A DNA stretch of 24,000 bases from Enterococcus sp. AZ128 (lineage in GTDB: Bacteria; Bacillota; Bacilli; Lactobacillales; Enterococcaceae). Below the pieces are notes generated by a model. The model worked only from the letters and a program-made list of their open reading frames with translations. It had not been told where the DNA came from and made no database searches. The stretch is from NCBI RefSeq assembly GCF_051714485.1, contig NZ_JBIORZ010000002.1:986293-1010292 (forward strand), in the 5' to 3' direction. Below are positions 7,859-15,728 of the stretch, piece by piece. A program made the translations under genes and the position numbers. Each line of letters starts with the position of its first letter. Positions within the stretch are counted from its first letter, which is position 1.

Positions 7859-9160
7859 ATGTCAGTTGATTTTAGAAAAGTGATTGAAGAGAGTAAAGAA
7901 CAATTTTACCAGGATCTTGATCAAGTAATGCAAGTGGAAAGTGTCAAAGGAACACCGGAGCAGCATGCGCCCTTTGGCAAAGGCCCCAAAGAAGCCTTGG
8001 AAACGGTACTGGACTTGGCTCAGAAATATGGGTTTAAAACAGCGATCGTAAATGATGCGGTCGGCTATGCCCAATGGGGAGAAGCTGAAGAATATATTGG
8101 TGTTGTCGGGCATTTAGATGTCGTCCCTGCTGGTGAAGGCTGGTCTTTTCATCCCTTCAAATTGAGTAAACAGGACCAACGTTTTTATGGACGGGGAATT
8201 TTAGACAATAAAGGACCGATTTTAGCTTGCTTATTTGGTTTAAAGCTGTTGAAAGAACTGAATCTGCCCATTCGAAAAACGATTCGAATCGTTTTTGGAA
8301 CAGATGAAGAAAATGGCAGTTCGGACATTCCAATGTATCTAAGCGATGAAAAAGCGCCTGAATTCGGCTTCACTCCAGACTGTAAATATCCAGTGGTGTA
8401 TGGTGAGCGGGGCATTGTGAATTATGATATTTTGACAGCGTTTCCCGAATCGGAACTGAACACGCTAGGAGAATTTATGGGCGATCAGGCGCGTGACCAT
8501 GTGCCCGATGAACTATCTTTAGCCATTGATGGAAAAACAATTCGTGTAATTGGAAAAAGAGCGCCTTCGAATGCGCCAGAACTTGGCGAAAATGCGATCA
8601 CCTTATTAGCTGAAAAAATCACTCAAGAGGGGCTGACTACGGGCAGCTTGGCGGATTATTTCTTATGGATCGTAAAAAGCTTAGCTAATCAGCATTATGG
8701 TGAAGGCTTAGGTATCGATTTTTCAGATGCGGATAGTGGGAAGTTAATGATCACGCCATATCAGTTAGTCAAAAAAGATGGACAGCTAGCGCTTTCTGTT
8801 GCAATTCGTTATCCAGTCTCTGTGACGGAATCAGAAGTAACCGAGGCATTAGAGAATCATCTGCCTCTCGCTAGTCAATTAAACGTTGTCCGCCGAATCA
8901 AAAGCAGCCATTTCCCGAAAGAAGATGCGAATGTTCAAAAATTGGCCAATGTTTATGAAGAAGTGACTGGTTTAGATGGGACACCTGTGACAACGACTGG
9001 GGCTACTTATGCTCGTTTTGTCCCGAATATCGTCGCATTTGGTCCATCATTTCCGGGTCAAAAAGGCATCGCTCATAATCAAGATGAATACATGGATGAA
9101 GAGGATCTGCTATTAAACATGGAAATCTATATGCGGGCCATGTTGAAATTAATTGAATAA
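7859..9160 (+). CDS. M20-family dipeptidase (Sapep/PepV-like)
   Basis: M20 metal and catalytic motifs GHLDVVP, GRGILDNKGP and GTDEENG. RBS AAAGGAG at 7845-7851. Only 35 nt separate it from gntR and there is no terminator, so it is probably co-transcribed. Confidence 0.85.
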   Translation: MSVDFRKVIEESKEQFYQDLDQVMQVESVKGTPEQHAPFGKGPKEALETVLDLAQKYGFKTAIVNDAVGYAQWGEAEEYIGVVGHLDVVPAGEGWSFHPFKLSKQDQRFYGRGILDNKGPILACLFGLKLLKELNLPIRKTIRIVFGTDEENGSSDIPMYLSDEKAPEFGFTPDCKYPVVYGERGIVNYDILTAFPESELNTLGEFMGDQARDHVPDELSLAIDGKTIRVIGKRAPSNAPELGENAITLLAEKITQEGLTTGSLADYFLWIVKSLANQHYGEGLGIDFSDADSGKLMITPYQLVKKDGQLALSVAIRYPVSVTESEVTEALENHLPLASQLNVVRRIKSSHFPKEDANVQKLANVYEEVTGLDGTPVTTTGATYARFVPNIVAFGPSFPGQKGIAHNQDEYMDEEDLLLNMEIYMRAMLKLIE

Positions 9161-9178
9161 ATGGACTTGTTGTACTAT

Positions 9179-9240
9179 AAATCGAGTCGCTGGGTAGAAA
9201 GTTGGAAAGGGTAGTCAACTTTGCCCGCGGCTCGATTTTG
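9179..9240 (+). terminator. probable terminator (long imperfect hairpin followed by T-run)
   Basis: AAATCGAGTCGC (9179-9190) pairs with GCGGCTCGATTT (9227-9238) with one G-U. Inner pairing is GAAAGTTG/CAACTTT, followed by TTTTG. Confidence 0.5.
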
Positions 9241-9292
9241 TTGAATTTACTTTGGGTTCAATTTCTATTAATACGTTTTATATTGGCCCCCC

Positions 9293-9321
9293 TTGACAAT
9301 TATTTTAGCAGGACATACAAT
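9293..9321 (+). promoter_or_regulatory. sigma-A-type promoter of the GNAT gene
   Basis: TTGACA (9293-9298), a 17-nt spacer, then TACAAT (9316-9321). Confidence 0.6.
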
Positions 9322-9375
9322 TTCACTAGTATGAGATGAATGCGTTTTCCTGAATTGGGATGTAGAAAGAGGGAT

Positions 9376-9897
9376 ATGATGAGTTTAAATGAGAGTGTTA
9401 TTTATAGAGAACCGGTCATAGACGATGCCGAGGAGATTGTCGCTTTTTACAATCGAGTCGGTGGTGAGACAACTTATTTGAGTTTTACAGAGAACGAGTA
9501 TCCGCTAGATGTGGATATGCAGAAAGAAGCCATTTTAGGTACTGAACAGCAGCCGAATTCTGTCATGATTTTGGCAGTCGCTGGAGATCAGATTGTTGGG
9601 ATTGGAACGATTAGCTCGGGGAATAAAATTAAGGCTAGACATTGCGGAGAACTAGGCATCGTTGTCACAGAAAAATACCAAGGAAAAGGGATCGGCAGTG
9701 AGTTGATCCGTTGTCTGTTAGAGTGGTCCAGAGGAAACAGAATAACTACCAAGGTTCAGCTGGATACTAGAAAAGACAACGAAATGGCAGTGGAATTGTA
9801 TAAAAAATTTGGTTTTGAAATCGAAGGGGAATTGAAGAATACTACGTTGATTGATGGCCAATATTATCATTTATATGTCATGGGCTTGATGCTGTAG
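9376..9897 (+). CDS. GNAT-family N-acetyltransferase
   Basis: Acetyl-CoA-binding motif QGKGIGSELI followed by a YKKFGFE beta-bulge region. Start moved to ATG 9376 (MMSLNES...), preceded by AAAGAGGG (9366-9373). Confidence 0.8.
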   Translation: MMSLNESVIYREPVIDDAEEIVAFYNRVGGETTYLSFTENEYPLDVDMQKEAILGTEQQPNSVMILAVAGDQIVGIGTISSGNKIKARHCGELGIVVTEKYQGKGIGSELIRCLLEWSRGNRITTKVQLDTRKDNEMAVELYKKFGFEIEGELKNTTLIDGQYYHLYVMGLML

Positions 9898-10001
9898 ACT
9901 TTTTCTTTTTTTTGTAACTAACTATAAAAAAAGCAGAGATTCATAGTTTTAGCTTTATCACTTTCAACGACGTCACTTTTTAATCAATCATTTGCGTGAA
10001 G

Positions 10002-10037
10002 AACTACACTCCTGATCTATCGGGCGTGTAGTTTTTT
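10002..10037 (+). terminator. probable rho-independent terminator after the GNAT gene
   Basis: Stem AACTACAC (10002-10009) / GTGTAGTT (10026-10033), a 16-nt loop, and a T-run to 10037. Confidence 0.55.
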
Positions 10038-10185
10038 GATTCTCTGCAATTAATTAGAAGCGATTGAAGACTATGTTTTATTTCTATTTAAAAGTGATAT
10101 TCCATTACAGTGGCGTACCGTTTTTTTATTTTATCCTTTTTTTAACTTAGAAAACGCTAAAAAAAGATAAAAAAATTTGTCATTT

Positions 10186-10218
10186 AGTATATACAAAACA
10201 GTATATACTATTTATAAT
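10186..10218 (+). promoter_or_regulatory. operon promoter with two overlapping palindromic operator candidates
   Basis: -35 TATACA (10190-10195), 17-nt spacer, -10 TATAAT (10213-10218), with an A-rich tract upstream. AGTATATACA (10186-10195) overlaps the -35 and AGTATATACT (10200-10209) sits in the spacer, with the same 14-bp spacing as at 6869/6883. Confidence 0.55.
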
Positions 10219-10234
10219 GAGGTCAGATTTTGAA

Positions 10235-10249
10235 ATGTAAACGGTAACG
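10235..10249 (+). promoter_or_regulatory. candidate cre (CcpA) site in the operon leader
   Basis: ATGTAAACGGTAACG fits the recalled consensus WTGNAANCGNWNNCW at every constrained position except the last. It lies between the -10 and the RBS AAGGGG (10251-10256). Confidence 0.4.
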
Positions 10250-10263
10250 GAAGGGGTACGACA

Positions 10264-11217
10264 ATGGTTTGGGGAGCAATTGCCACGTGGCGTATGGCAC
10301 ACGATGGTGTGGTAGAAGCATTGCGCTTATTAGAGAAAAAAGAGGGAGCCGGCGATGCCGTAGAGACCTTGATCAAGACAGTAGAGGATTATCCTTACTA
10401 TAAATCAGTGGGATTTGGCGGATTGCCGAACGCTGAAGGTATCTTAGAAATGGATGCTGCTTTTATGGATGGAGATACCTTTGAGATCGGTGCAGTCGCC
10501 GGAATCACAGATGTAAAGAACCCGATCGCTGTTGCACGACAGTTAAGCAAAGATAAATTCAATAGCTTCCGGGTAGGTGAAGGCGCCACCAAGTATTCGA
10601 TGCTGGAGGGTTTTGAGCGGAAGAGTATGCTGACAGAGCGTGCTCATAAAATCTGGGAAAAACGCTTGAAGGAAATTCAAGAGAACAATTTGAACCCTTA
10701 CGATGGTCACGATACAGTTGGAGCGATTACGCTAGATCAAATGGGCACGATGACGGCTGGAACTTCTAGCTCCGGATTGTTCATGAAAAAACCTGGTCGC
10801 GTAGGGGATTCACCTTTATCTGGTTCCGGATTTTATGTGGATAGCGAGATTGGTGGAGCAGCTGCCACTGGATTAGGGGAAGACTTGATGAAGGGCTGTT
10901 TATCCTATGAGATCGTTCGTTTGATGGGTGAAGGCGTAAAACCACAGGCAGCTTGTGACAAAGCGGTCTATGAATTTCACGATAAATTGACAGCACGTTA
11001 TGGAAAAGCAGGTGCGTTTTCACTAATTGCGATGAATACCAAAGGCGAGTGGGGAGTTGCTACGAACGTGGAATTTACCTTCAGCGTTGGCAACGATCAG
11101 GAAGATGCGCAAATATTTATCGCTAATATGGGAGCGAACCATACTACCGATATTCAACCAATCACGCAAGAATGGTTGAAGGCTTACGAAAAACGGATTA
11201 AGGCACCAATTGAATAA
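10264..11217 (+). CDS. Ntn-hydrolase of the asparaginase-2 family, glycosylasparaginase (aspartylglucosaminidase)-like, cytoplasmic
   Basis: Autoprocessing and nucleophile site YDGHD|TVGAITLD (Thr151, ACA at 10714-10716). GRVGDSPLSGSGFY and GAAATGLGEDLMK match my recollection of the AGA motifs HDT|IGM, GRVGDSP and ATGNGD. No signal peptide; the protein starts directly at the conserved ATW core. Confidence 0.75.
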   Translation: MVWGAIATWRMAHDGVVEALRLLEKKEGAGDAVETLIKTVEDYPYYKSVGFGGLPNAEGILEMDAAFMDGDTFEIGAVAGITDVKNPIAVARQLSKDKFNSFRVGEGATKYSMLEGFERKSMLTERAHKIWEKRLKEIQENNLNPYDGHDTVGAITLDQMGTMTAGTSSSGLFMKKPGRVGDSPLSGSGFYVDSEIGGAAATGLGEDLMKGCLSYEIVRLMGEGVKPQAACDKAVYEFHDKLTARYGKAGAFSLIAMNTKGEWGVATNVEFTFSVGNDQEDAQIFIANMGANHTTDIQPITQEWLKAYEKRIKAPIE

Positions 11218-11238
11218 AGATTAGGAGAGTGGAGAGTT

Positions 11239-11568
11239 ATGAAAAAAAAGGTCTATCTATTTTGTAGTCAAGGAATGTCAACGAGTATGCTAGCTCAGAA
11301 AATGCAAAATGTTGCCGACGAGCATAATTTACCAATGGAGGTAGCTGCGTATTCCCATGGTCTATTAAACCAAATTATTAATGAGAAAAAGCCAGATGTT
11401 ATTATGCTTGGCCCACAAGTTAAATATTTATATGACGATACAGTTAAAAATTTTGGTTCTTATGGAGCACCAATTCTAATGATTAACCCTGAAGACTATG
11501 GAGTAATGAATGGGGAAAAAGTGTTAAAACAGGCAATCGTTGCTTTAAAAAAGAAAAAAACTCAATAG
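11239..11568 (+). CDS. PTS EIIB component, lactose/cellobiose (chitobiose) family
   Basis: 109 aa. Phospho-Cys context VYLFCSQGMSTSMLA resembles ChbB/CelA. RBS AGGAGAGTGGAGAG lies upstream. Confidence 0.9.
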   Translation: MKKKVYLFCSQGMSTSMLAQKMQNVADEHNLPMEVAAYSHGLLNQIINEKKPDVIMLGPQVKYLYDDTVKNFGSYGAPILMINPEDYGVMNGEKVLKQAIVALKKKKTQ

Positions 11569-11593
11569 AGAGTAAATAAAAGGGGGATACAAA

Positions 11594-12937
11594 ATGTTTG
11601 ATGCATTAGAGAAAACTATGATGCCTTTAGCTGAAAAATTAGGGAAGAATAAAGTATTAGTAGCAATCAGAGATGGCTTCTTAATAACAACGCCGTTAAT
11701 AATCGTCGGATCTCTATTTTTACTATTTAGTAACTTTCCTATCCCTGGATGGGAAAATTTTTGGACAGGGATCTTAGGGAATCAGTGGAGTTCGTGGTTT
11801 AGCAATGTTTCTGGAGCTGTTTTCGATGTAGTTGGATTTTTATCGTGTTTAGGTACTGCCTATGCATACGGAAGAGAATTGGAAGTTGATCCCATTCAAT
11901 CTGCTGCGGTAGCTGTTGTAGGCTTTCTTATCTTGACTCCAATGAGAATGAATGTGGCTGGTGTCGCTGATCCTTTAGGAGCTATTGATCTGCAATATTT
12001 AGGAACAAACGGGATATTTTTAGCTTTAGTTGTTGCTATCGTTTCTGTTTTAATATATGCTTTTGTATCCAAAAGAGGTTGGACGATCAAGATGCCTGAT
12101 GGTGTACCACCAGCAGTGTCAAAATCTTTTGAAGCACTAATTCCTAGTGGCGTGGTAATGTTATTATTCTTTTTTATAAGAATTGGGTTTGAATTTACAT
12201 CATATGAAACAGTTCATAATTTCATTTTTGAAATTTTACAAACTCCATTAAAGGGTGCGGGGAATACTTTGTTTGCCCAAATTATTTACTCGTTAGCTTG
12301 TACTGTTTTCTGGTTCTTCGGAATCAATGGTCCTGCTGTGGCAAATTCCGTTTTTGCTCCGATTAGTAAAGTGTTAACAATGGAAAATTTGAATGCTTTT
12401 CAAGCAGGTAAAGAATTGCCTAATATTTTTACTGATCCATTTTCTAACTTTTTCACTAATTATGGAGGGGGAGGTAGTACCTTATCCTTGGTCATTGTGA
12501 TGGTTATTTTCTGCAAATCTGAACGGATCAAAAAGTTAGGTAAATTATCTCTTGTACCTGGTATATTTGGAATTAATGAACCAATAATTTTTGGATTACC
12601 TATTGTATTGAACCCCATCATTATTATTCCGTTCATTTTAACGCCAACGATCAACTTATTACTCTCTACTGCGGTGACGAAACTGGGTATCATTCCGTAT
12701 ACAAATGGTGTTGCTTTACCGTGGACGACCCCAATTGGATTTTCAGGATATTTATCTACGGGGAGCTTTTTAGCAGTTATTTGGCAATTTCTATTGTTGG
12801 GTTTAGGTTGTTTCATTTATTATCCATTTATTAAAACTTTAGACAAACAATACTTAAAGGAAGAAGCTGAGGCTAGTATTCGAAAGGATGAAGAAGAAGA
12901 CCTCTCTTTTGATGATTTAAATTTTGATGATTTATAG
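11594..12937 (+). CDS. PTS EIIC permease, lactose/cellobiose family, with acidic C-terminal tail
   Basis: 447 aa, polytopic. N-terminus MPLAEKLGKNKVLVAIRDGFLITTPLIIVGSLFLL is typical of CelB/ChbC-type EIIC. RBS AAGGGGGA lies upstream. Confidence 0.9.
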   Translation: MFDALEKTMMPLAEKLGKNKVLVAIRDGFLITTPLIIVGSLFLLFSNFPIPGWENFWTGILGNQWSSWFSNVSGAVFDVVGFLSCLGTAYAYGRELEVDPIQSAAVAVVGFLILTPMRMNVAGVADPLGAIDLQYLGTNGIFLALVVAIVSVLIYAFVSKRGWTIKMPDGVPPAVSKSFEALIPSGVVMLLFFFIRIGFEFTSYETVHNFIFEILQTPLKGAGNTLFAQIIYSLACTVFWFFGINGPAVANSVFAPISKVLTMENLNAFQAGKELPNIFTDPFSNFFTNYGGGGSTLSLVIVMVIFCKSERIKKLGKLSLVPGIFGINEPIIFGLPIVLNPIIIIPFILTPTINLLLSTAVTKLGIIPYTNGVALPWTTPIGFSGYLSTGSFLAVIWQFLLLGLGCFIYYPFIKTLDKQYLKEEAEASIRKDEEEDLSFDDLNFDDL

Positions 12938-12949
12938 AAAGGAAATACA

Positions 12950-13471
12950 ATGAAAATTTTAATGATATTCGATCAAATCCAAGCAGGTTTTGGTGGGAAA
13001 GAAAACGGTGATTTAGAATTAGGTGGAAAAATGATGCCGATTGGATCAGCTAATATGTTCGATAAATATTTGGCAGATGTAAATGGACAAATCATTGGTA
13101 CTTTATATTGCGGAGATGATTTTTATCTAAACAATAAAGATATGGTCACTAAAAAATTGGTCGCAATGACAAAAAAACTTTCCCCGGATGTTGTAATCTG
13201 TGGCCCAGCCTTCAATTACGAAAAATATGGATTGCTGTGTTCAGAAGTTGGTCAGGCTATAGAAAGGAAGATACAAATCCCGGTTGTTGCTGCTATGTCA
13301 GTCGAATGTACAGAGGGAATTGCTGCCAATAAAAATAATTTAACGATTGTAAAAATGCCCAAAAAAGGTGGAATTGGCTTAACAGATTCACTGAAAAAAA
13401 TCTTAGAATTAGCGTCATTAAAAGTATCGGATCAACCTATTGGCCAGTTTGTTAAAGCTAATTGTTATTAA
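12950..13471 (+). CDS. short GrdB-N-terminal-domain-like protein (glycine/sarcosine/betaine/D-proline reductase protein B family), no Sec/Cys redox motif
   Basis: 173 aa. IFDQIQAGFGGKENGD, YCGDDFY, PDVVICGPAFNYEKYGLLCS and IPVVAAM parallel my recollection of GrdB N-termini (HYINQFFAGIGGEEKAD, ICGDxYF, PDLFIAGPAFNAGRYG, IPxVTGM). Family call is from memory only. Confidence 0.55.
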   Translation: MKILMIFDQIQAGFGGKENGDLELGGKMMPIGSANMFDKYLADVNGQIIGTLYCGDDFYLNNKDMVTKKLVAMTKKLSPDVVICGPAFNYEKYGLLCSEVGQAIERKIQIPVVAAMSVECTEGIAANKNNLTIVKMPKKGGIGLTDSLKKILELASLKVSDQPIGQFVKANCY

Positions 13472-13495
13472 TTTCTGAAAAGTGAGGGATAAATA

Positions 13496-14560
13496 ATGTT
13501 TATAGATATGCCTTTATTTGATAAATTGAGTGAGATTGACAGTGTTTCTGGTGATGAAAAGGATATTTCTCTTTTGTTAAAGTCGGAATACGAAGCGTTA
13601 ACGGATACTATTATTTATGATAACTTAGGATCTATCTTTGCTGTTAAAAAAAGCAAAAAGAAAAATGCACCCCATGTGATGATTGTTGGTCACATGGACG
13701 AAGTTGGATTCATTCTAAAAAAGATTAACGAAAATGGAACAATTAGAGCCTTAGCACTTGGAGATGTAAAATCTACCAGTCTTTTAGGAACATCGGTCAG
13801 GTTAAAAACTAGAAATAATAAAACTATTAATGGTATGTTGCTCGCCTACGACAAAACCGAAAATGTTTTGGATGAATCGAAAGAAGTCATAGTTGATTTT
13901 GGATTTGAAAACAAAGAAGAAGCAATTAGGAATGATTTGAATTTTGGAGATCGCATTGCTTTTGCAAACCAAAGTGGACAGTTTCTAAATAACAGAAGGT
14001 TATTTTCTAAAAACTGGGATGGGCGATATGCTCCGCTTATGGGTATTGAAGTATTGAAAGCTATAAAAGATCATGAATTTGATTTTGACTTATACATTGG
14101 ATGTACTGTGCAGGAACAAGTGGGTTTTAGAGGAATTCAAACAGCAACGAACCTAGTTAAACCTGATTTAGGTATCGTCTTAGATACGAATAAAGCATTT
14201 GACTATCAGACAGATATCAAAGAAAAAAATGGCGAGTTAGGAAAAGGAGTTTTAATAAATTTCTATGATACAACTGTATTACCTAATCGATTATTACTAA
14301 CAACTTTAAAAAATATTTGTGAAGAGAACAATCTTCTACACCAGTATTATTATTCTATGGAAGGTTCTGATGCAGCTTGGATAAATAAGTTGAGAGTAGG
14401 AACACCTACTCTTTTCATAAATGTTCCAATCAGAAATATGAATACTCCATCTTCTATCATGGATATAAAGGATTATGGAGCAGCTAAGAGTGCTTTACTA
14501 TTATTTTTAGAATCTCTTACTGCAAAAAAAATTCAAGAGTTTAAAGAAGAAAATCGTTGA
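13496..14560 (+). CDS. M42-family peptidase paralog with degenerate metal site
   Basis: M42 motifs GHMDEVGF, NWDGR, TVQEQVGFRG, IVLDTN and EGSDAA are present. Gln replaces the second Glu of the QEEVG motif (CAA 14117-14119), and Asn replaces the C-terminal His ligand (RNMNTP versus RYMHSP; AAT 14441-14443). RBS GAGGG at 13484-13488. Confidence 0.85.
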   Translation: MFIDMPLFDKLSEIDSVSGDEKDISLLLKSEYEALTDTIIYDNLGSIFAVKKSKKKNAPHVMIVGHMDEVGFILKKINENGTIRALALGDVKSTSLLGTSVRLKTRNNKTINGMLLAYDKTENVLDESKEVIVDFGFENKEEAIRNDLNFGDRIAFANQSGQFLNNRRLFSKNWDGRYAPLMGIEVLKAIKDHEFDFDLYIGCTVQEQVGFRGIQTATNLVKPDLGIVLDTNKAFDYQTDIKEKNGELGKGVLINFYDTTVLPNRLLLTTLKNICEENNLLHQYYYSMEGSDAAWINKLRVGTPTLFINVPIRNMNTPSSIMDIKDYGAAKSALLLFLESLTAKKIQEFKEENR

Positions 14561-14571
14561 GTGGAGGTAAT

Positions 14572-15702
14572 ATGATGTCAAGCTTCAATGAAATTGATCT
14601 AGACTTATTAAAACGATTGTCTGAAGCAGATGGTATCGGTGGAAGAGAAAGGGAAGTAAGTCGAATCGTTACTTCTTATGGTAGAAAATATAGCGATGAG
14701 ATTCAATATGATAATTTGGGTTCAGTCATCTTAAAGTCTGCTGGAAAATCCAGAGTTAATACTCCTAAAATAATGCTATCAAGTCATATGGATGAAGTAG
14801 GTTTTATGGTGAGAAGTATTACAGAAGATGGCTACGTTAATCTGTTGCCAGTAGGTGGTTGGTGGGGACATGTGATGCCAGCTCAAGAAATGACTATCAC
14901 CACGGCGAATTCAGAGAAAATTATTGGTGTAATTGGTTCAAGAGCACCTCATGGTTTGCCAGCAGAAATAAAAGAGAAAGTTATTCAACCGATGGATATG
15001 TATTTAGATCTGGGAGTTAATTCAAGAAAATCTGTTGAAGGATTAGGCGTGTCAATTGGCGATATGATTACGCCAAACGTACTATTTAGAGAGATGAACG
15101 ATTCTAACTATCTTATGGGAAAAGCGTGGGATGATCGATGTTGTGTGGGTGTGGGTCTGGAAGTTTTAAAAAACTTGAGCGAGAGTGATTATGAAGCCGA
15201 TGTTTACTTTGCTGCCACGACTCAAGAAGAAGTAGGAATTAGAGGGGCGAGAACAGCTGTTCATACGATTAAACCAGATGTGGCGATTGCTTTAGATGTA
15301 ACTACTGCAACAGATACCCCTTTTGATAAGAAAGGGATGAAGTTAGGGGATGGAGTAGTTTTATCAGTACTAGACTCACTTACTATTGGTAATAGCGGAT
15401 TAGTTCAAATGATGGAAGAAATTGTACAAGATCTATCATTAGATGTGCGCTATGATTTTATGACTGTTGGTGGAACAGATGCTTGTAATATTCACAAGAT
15501 GATGGATGGAGTTGTTAGTATGACACTTTCTCTCCAAACAAGATACATGCACTCACCAAGATTGATTATTCATAGAGAAGATTATATACAAACAATTAAA
15601 TTGGTTACGGAATTTTGCAGAAGATTGAATTTAGAAAAATTAAACCAATTAAAAGCTTCTATCGGAATAACAAATTTTAGGGAGAACCATTATTTAGATT
15701 AA
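14572..15702 (+). CDS. M42-family metallo-aminopeptidase (all canonical ligand motifs present)
   Basis: SSHMDEVGF, AWDDR, TTQEEVGIRG, IALDVT, GGTDA and RYMHSP are all present. Start set at ATG 14572 or 14575, downstream of GGAGG (14563-14567). The ORF-track TTG at 14557 overlaps the upstream stop and is less likely. Confidence 0.85.
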   Translation: MMSSFNEIDLDLLKRLSEADGIGGREREVSRIVTSYGRKYSDEIQYDNLGSVILKSAGKSRVNTPKIMLSSHMDEVGFMVRSITEDGYVNLLPVGGWWGHVMPAQEMTITTANSEKIIGVIGSRAPHGLPAEIKEKVIQPMDMYLDLGVNSRKSVEGLGVSIGDMITPNVLFREMNDSNYLMGKAWDDRCCVGVGLEVLKNLSESDYEADVYFAATTQEEVGIRGARTAVHTIKPDVAIALDVTTATDTPFDKKGMKLGDGVVLSVLDSLTIGNSGLVQMMEEIVQDLSLDVRYDFMTVGGTDACNIHKMMDGVVSMTLSLQTRYMHSPRLIIHREDYIQTIKLVTEFCRRLNLEKLNQLKASIGITNFRENHYLD

Positions 15703-15728
15703 TTATGAGAATCTTTGAAAGGATAATT

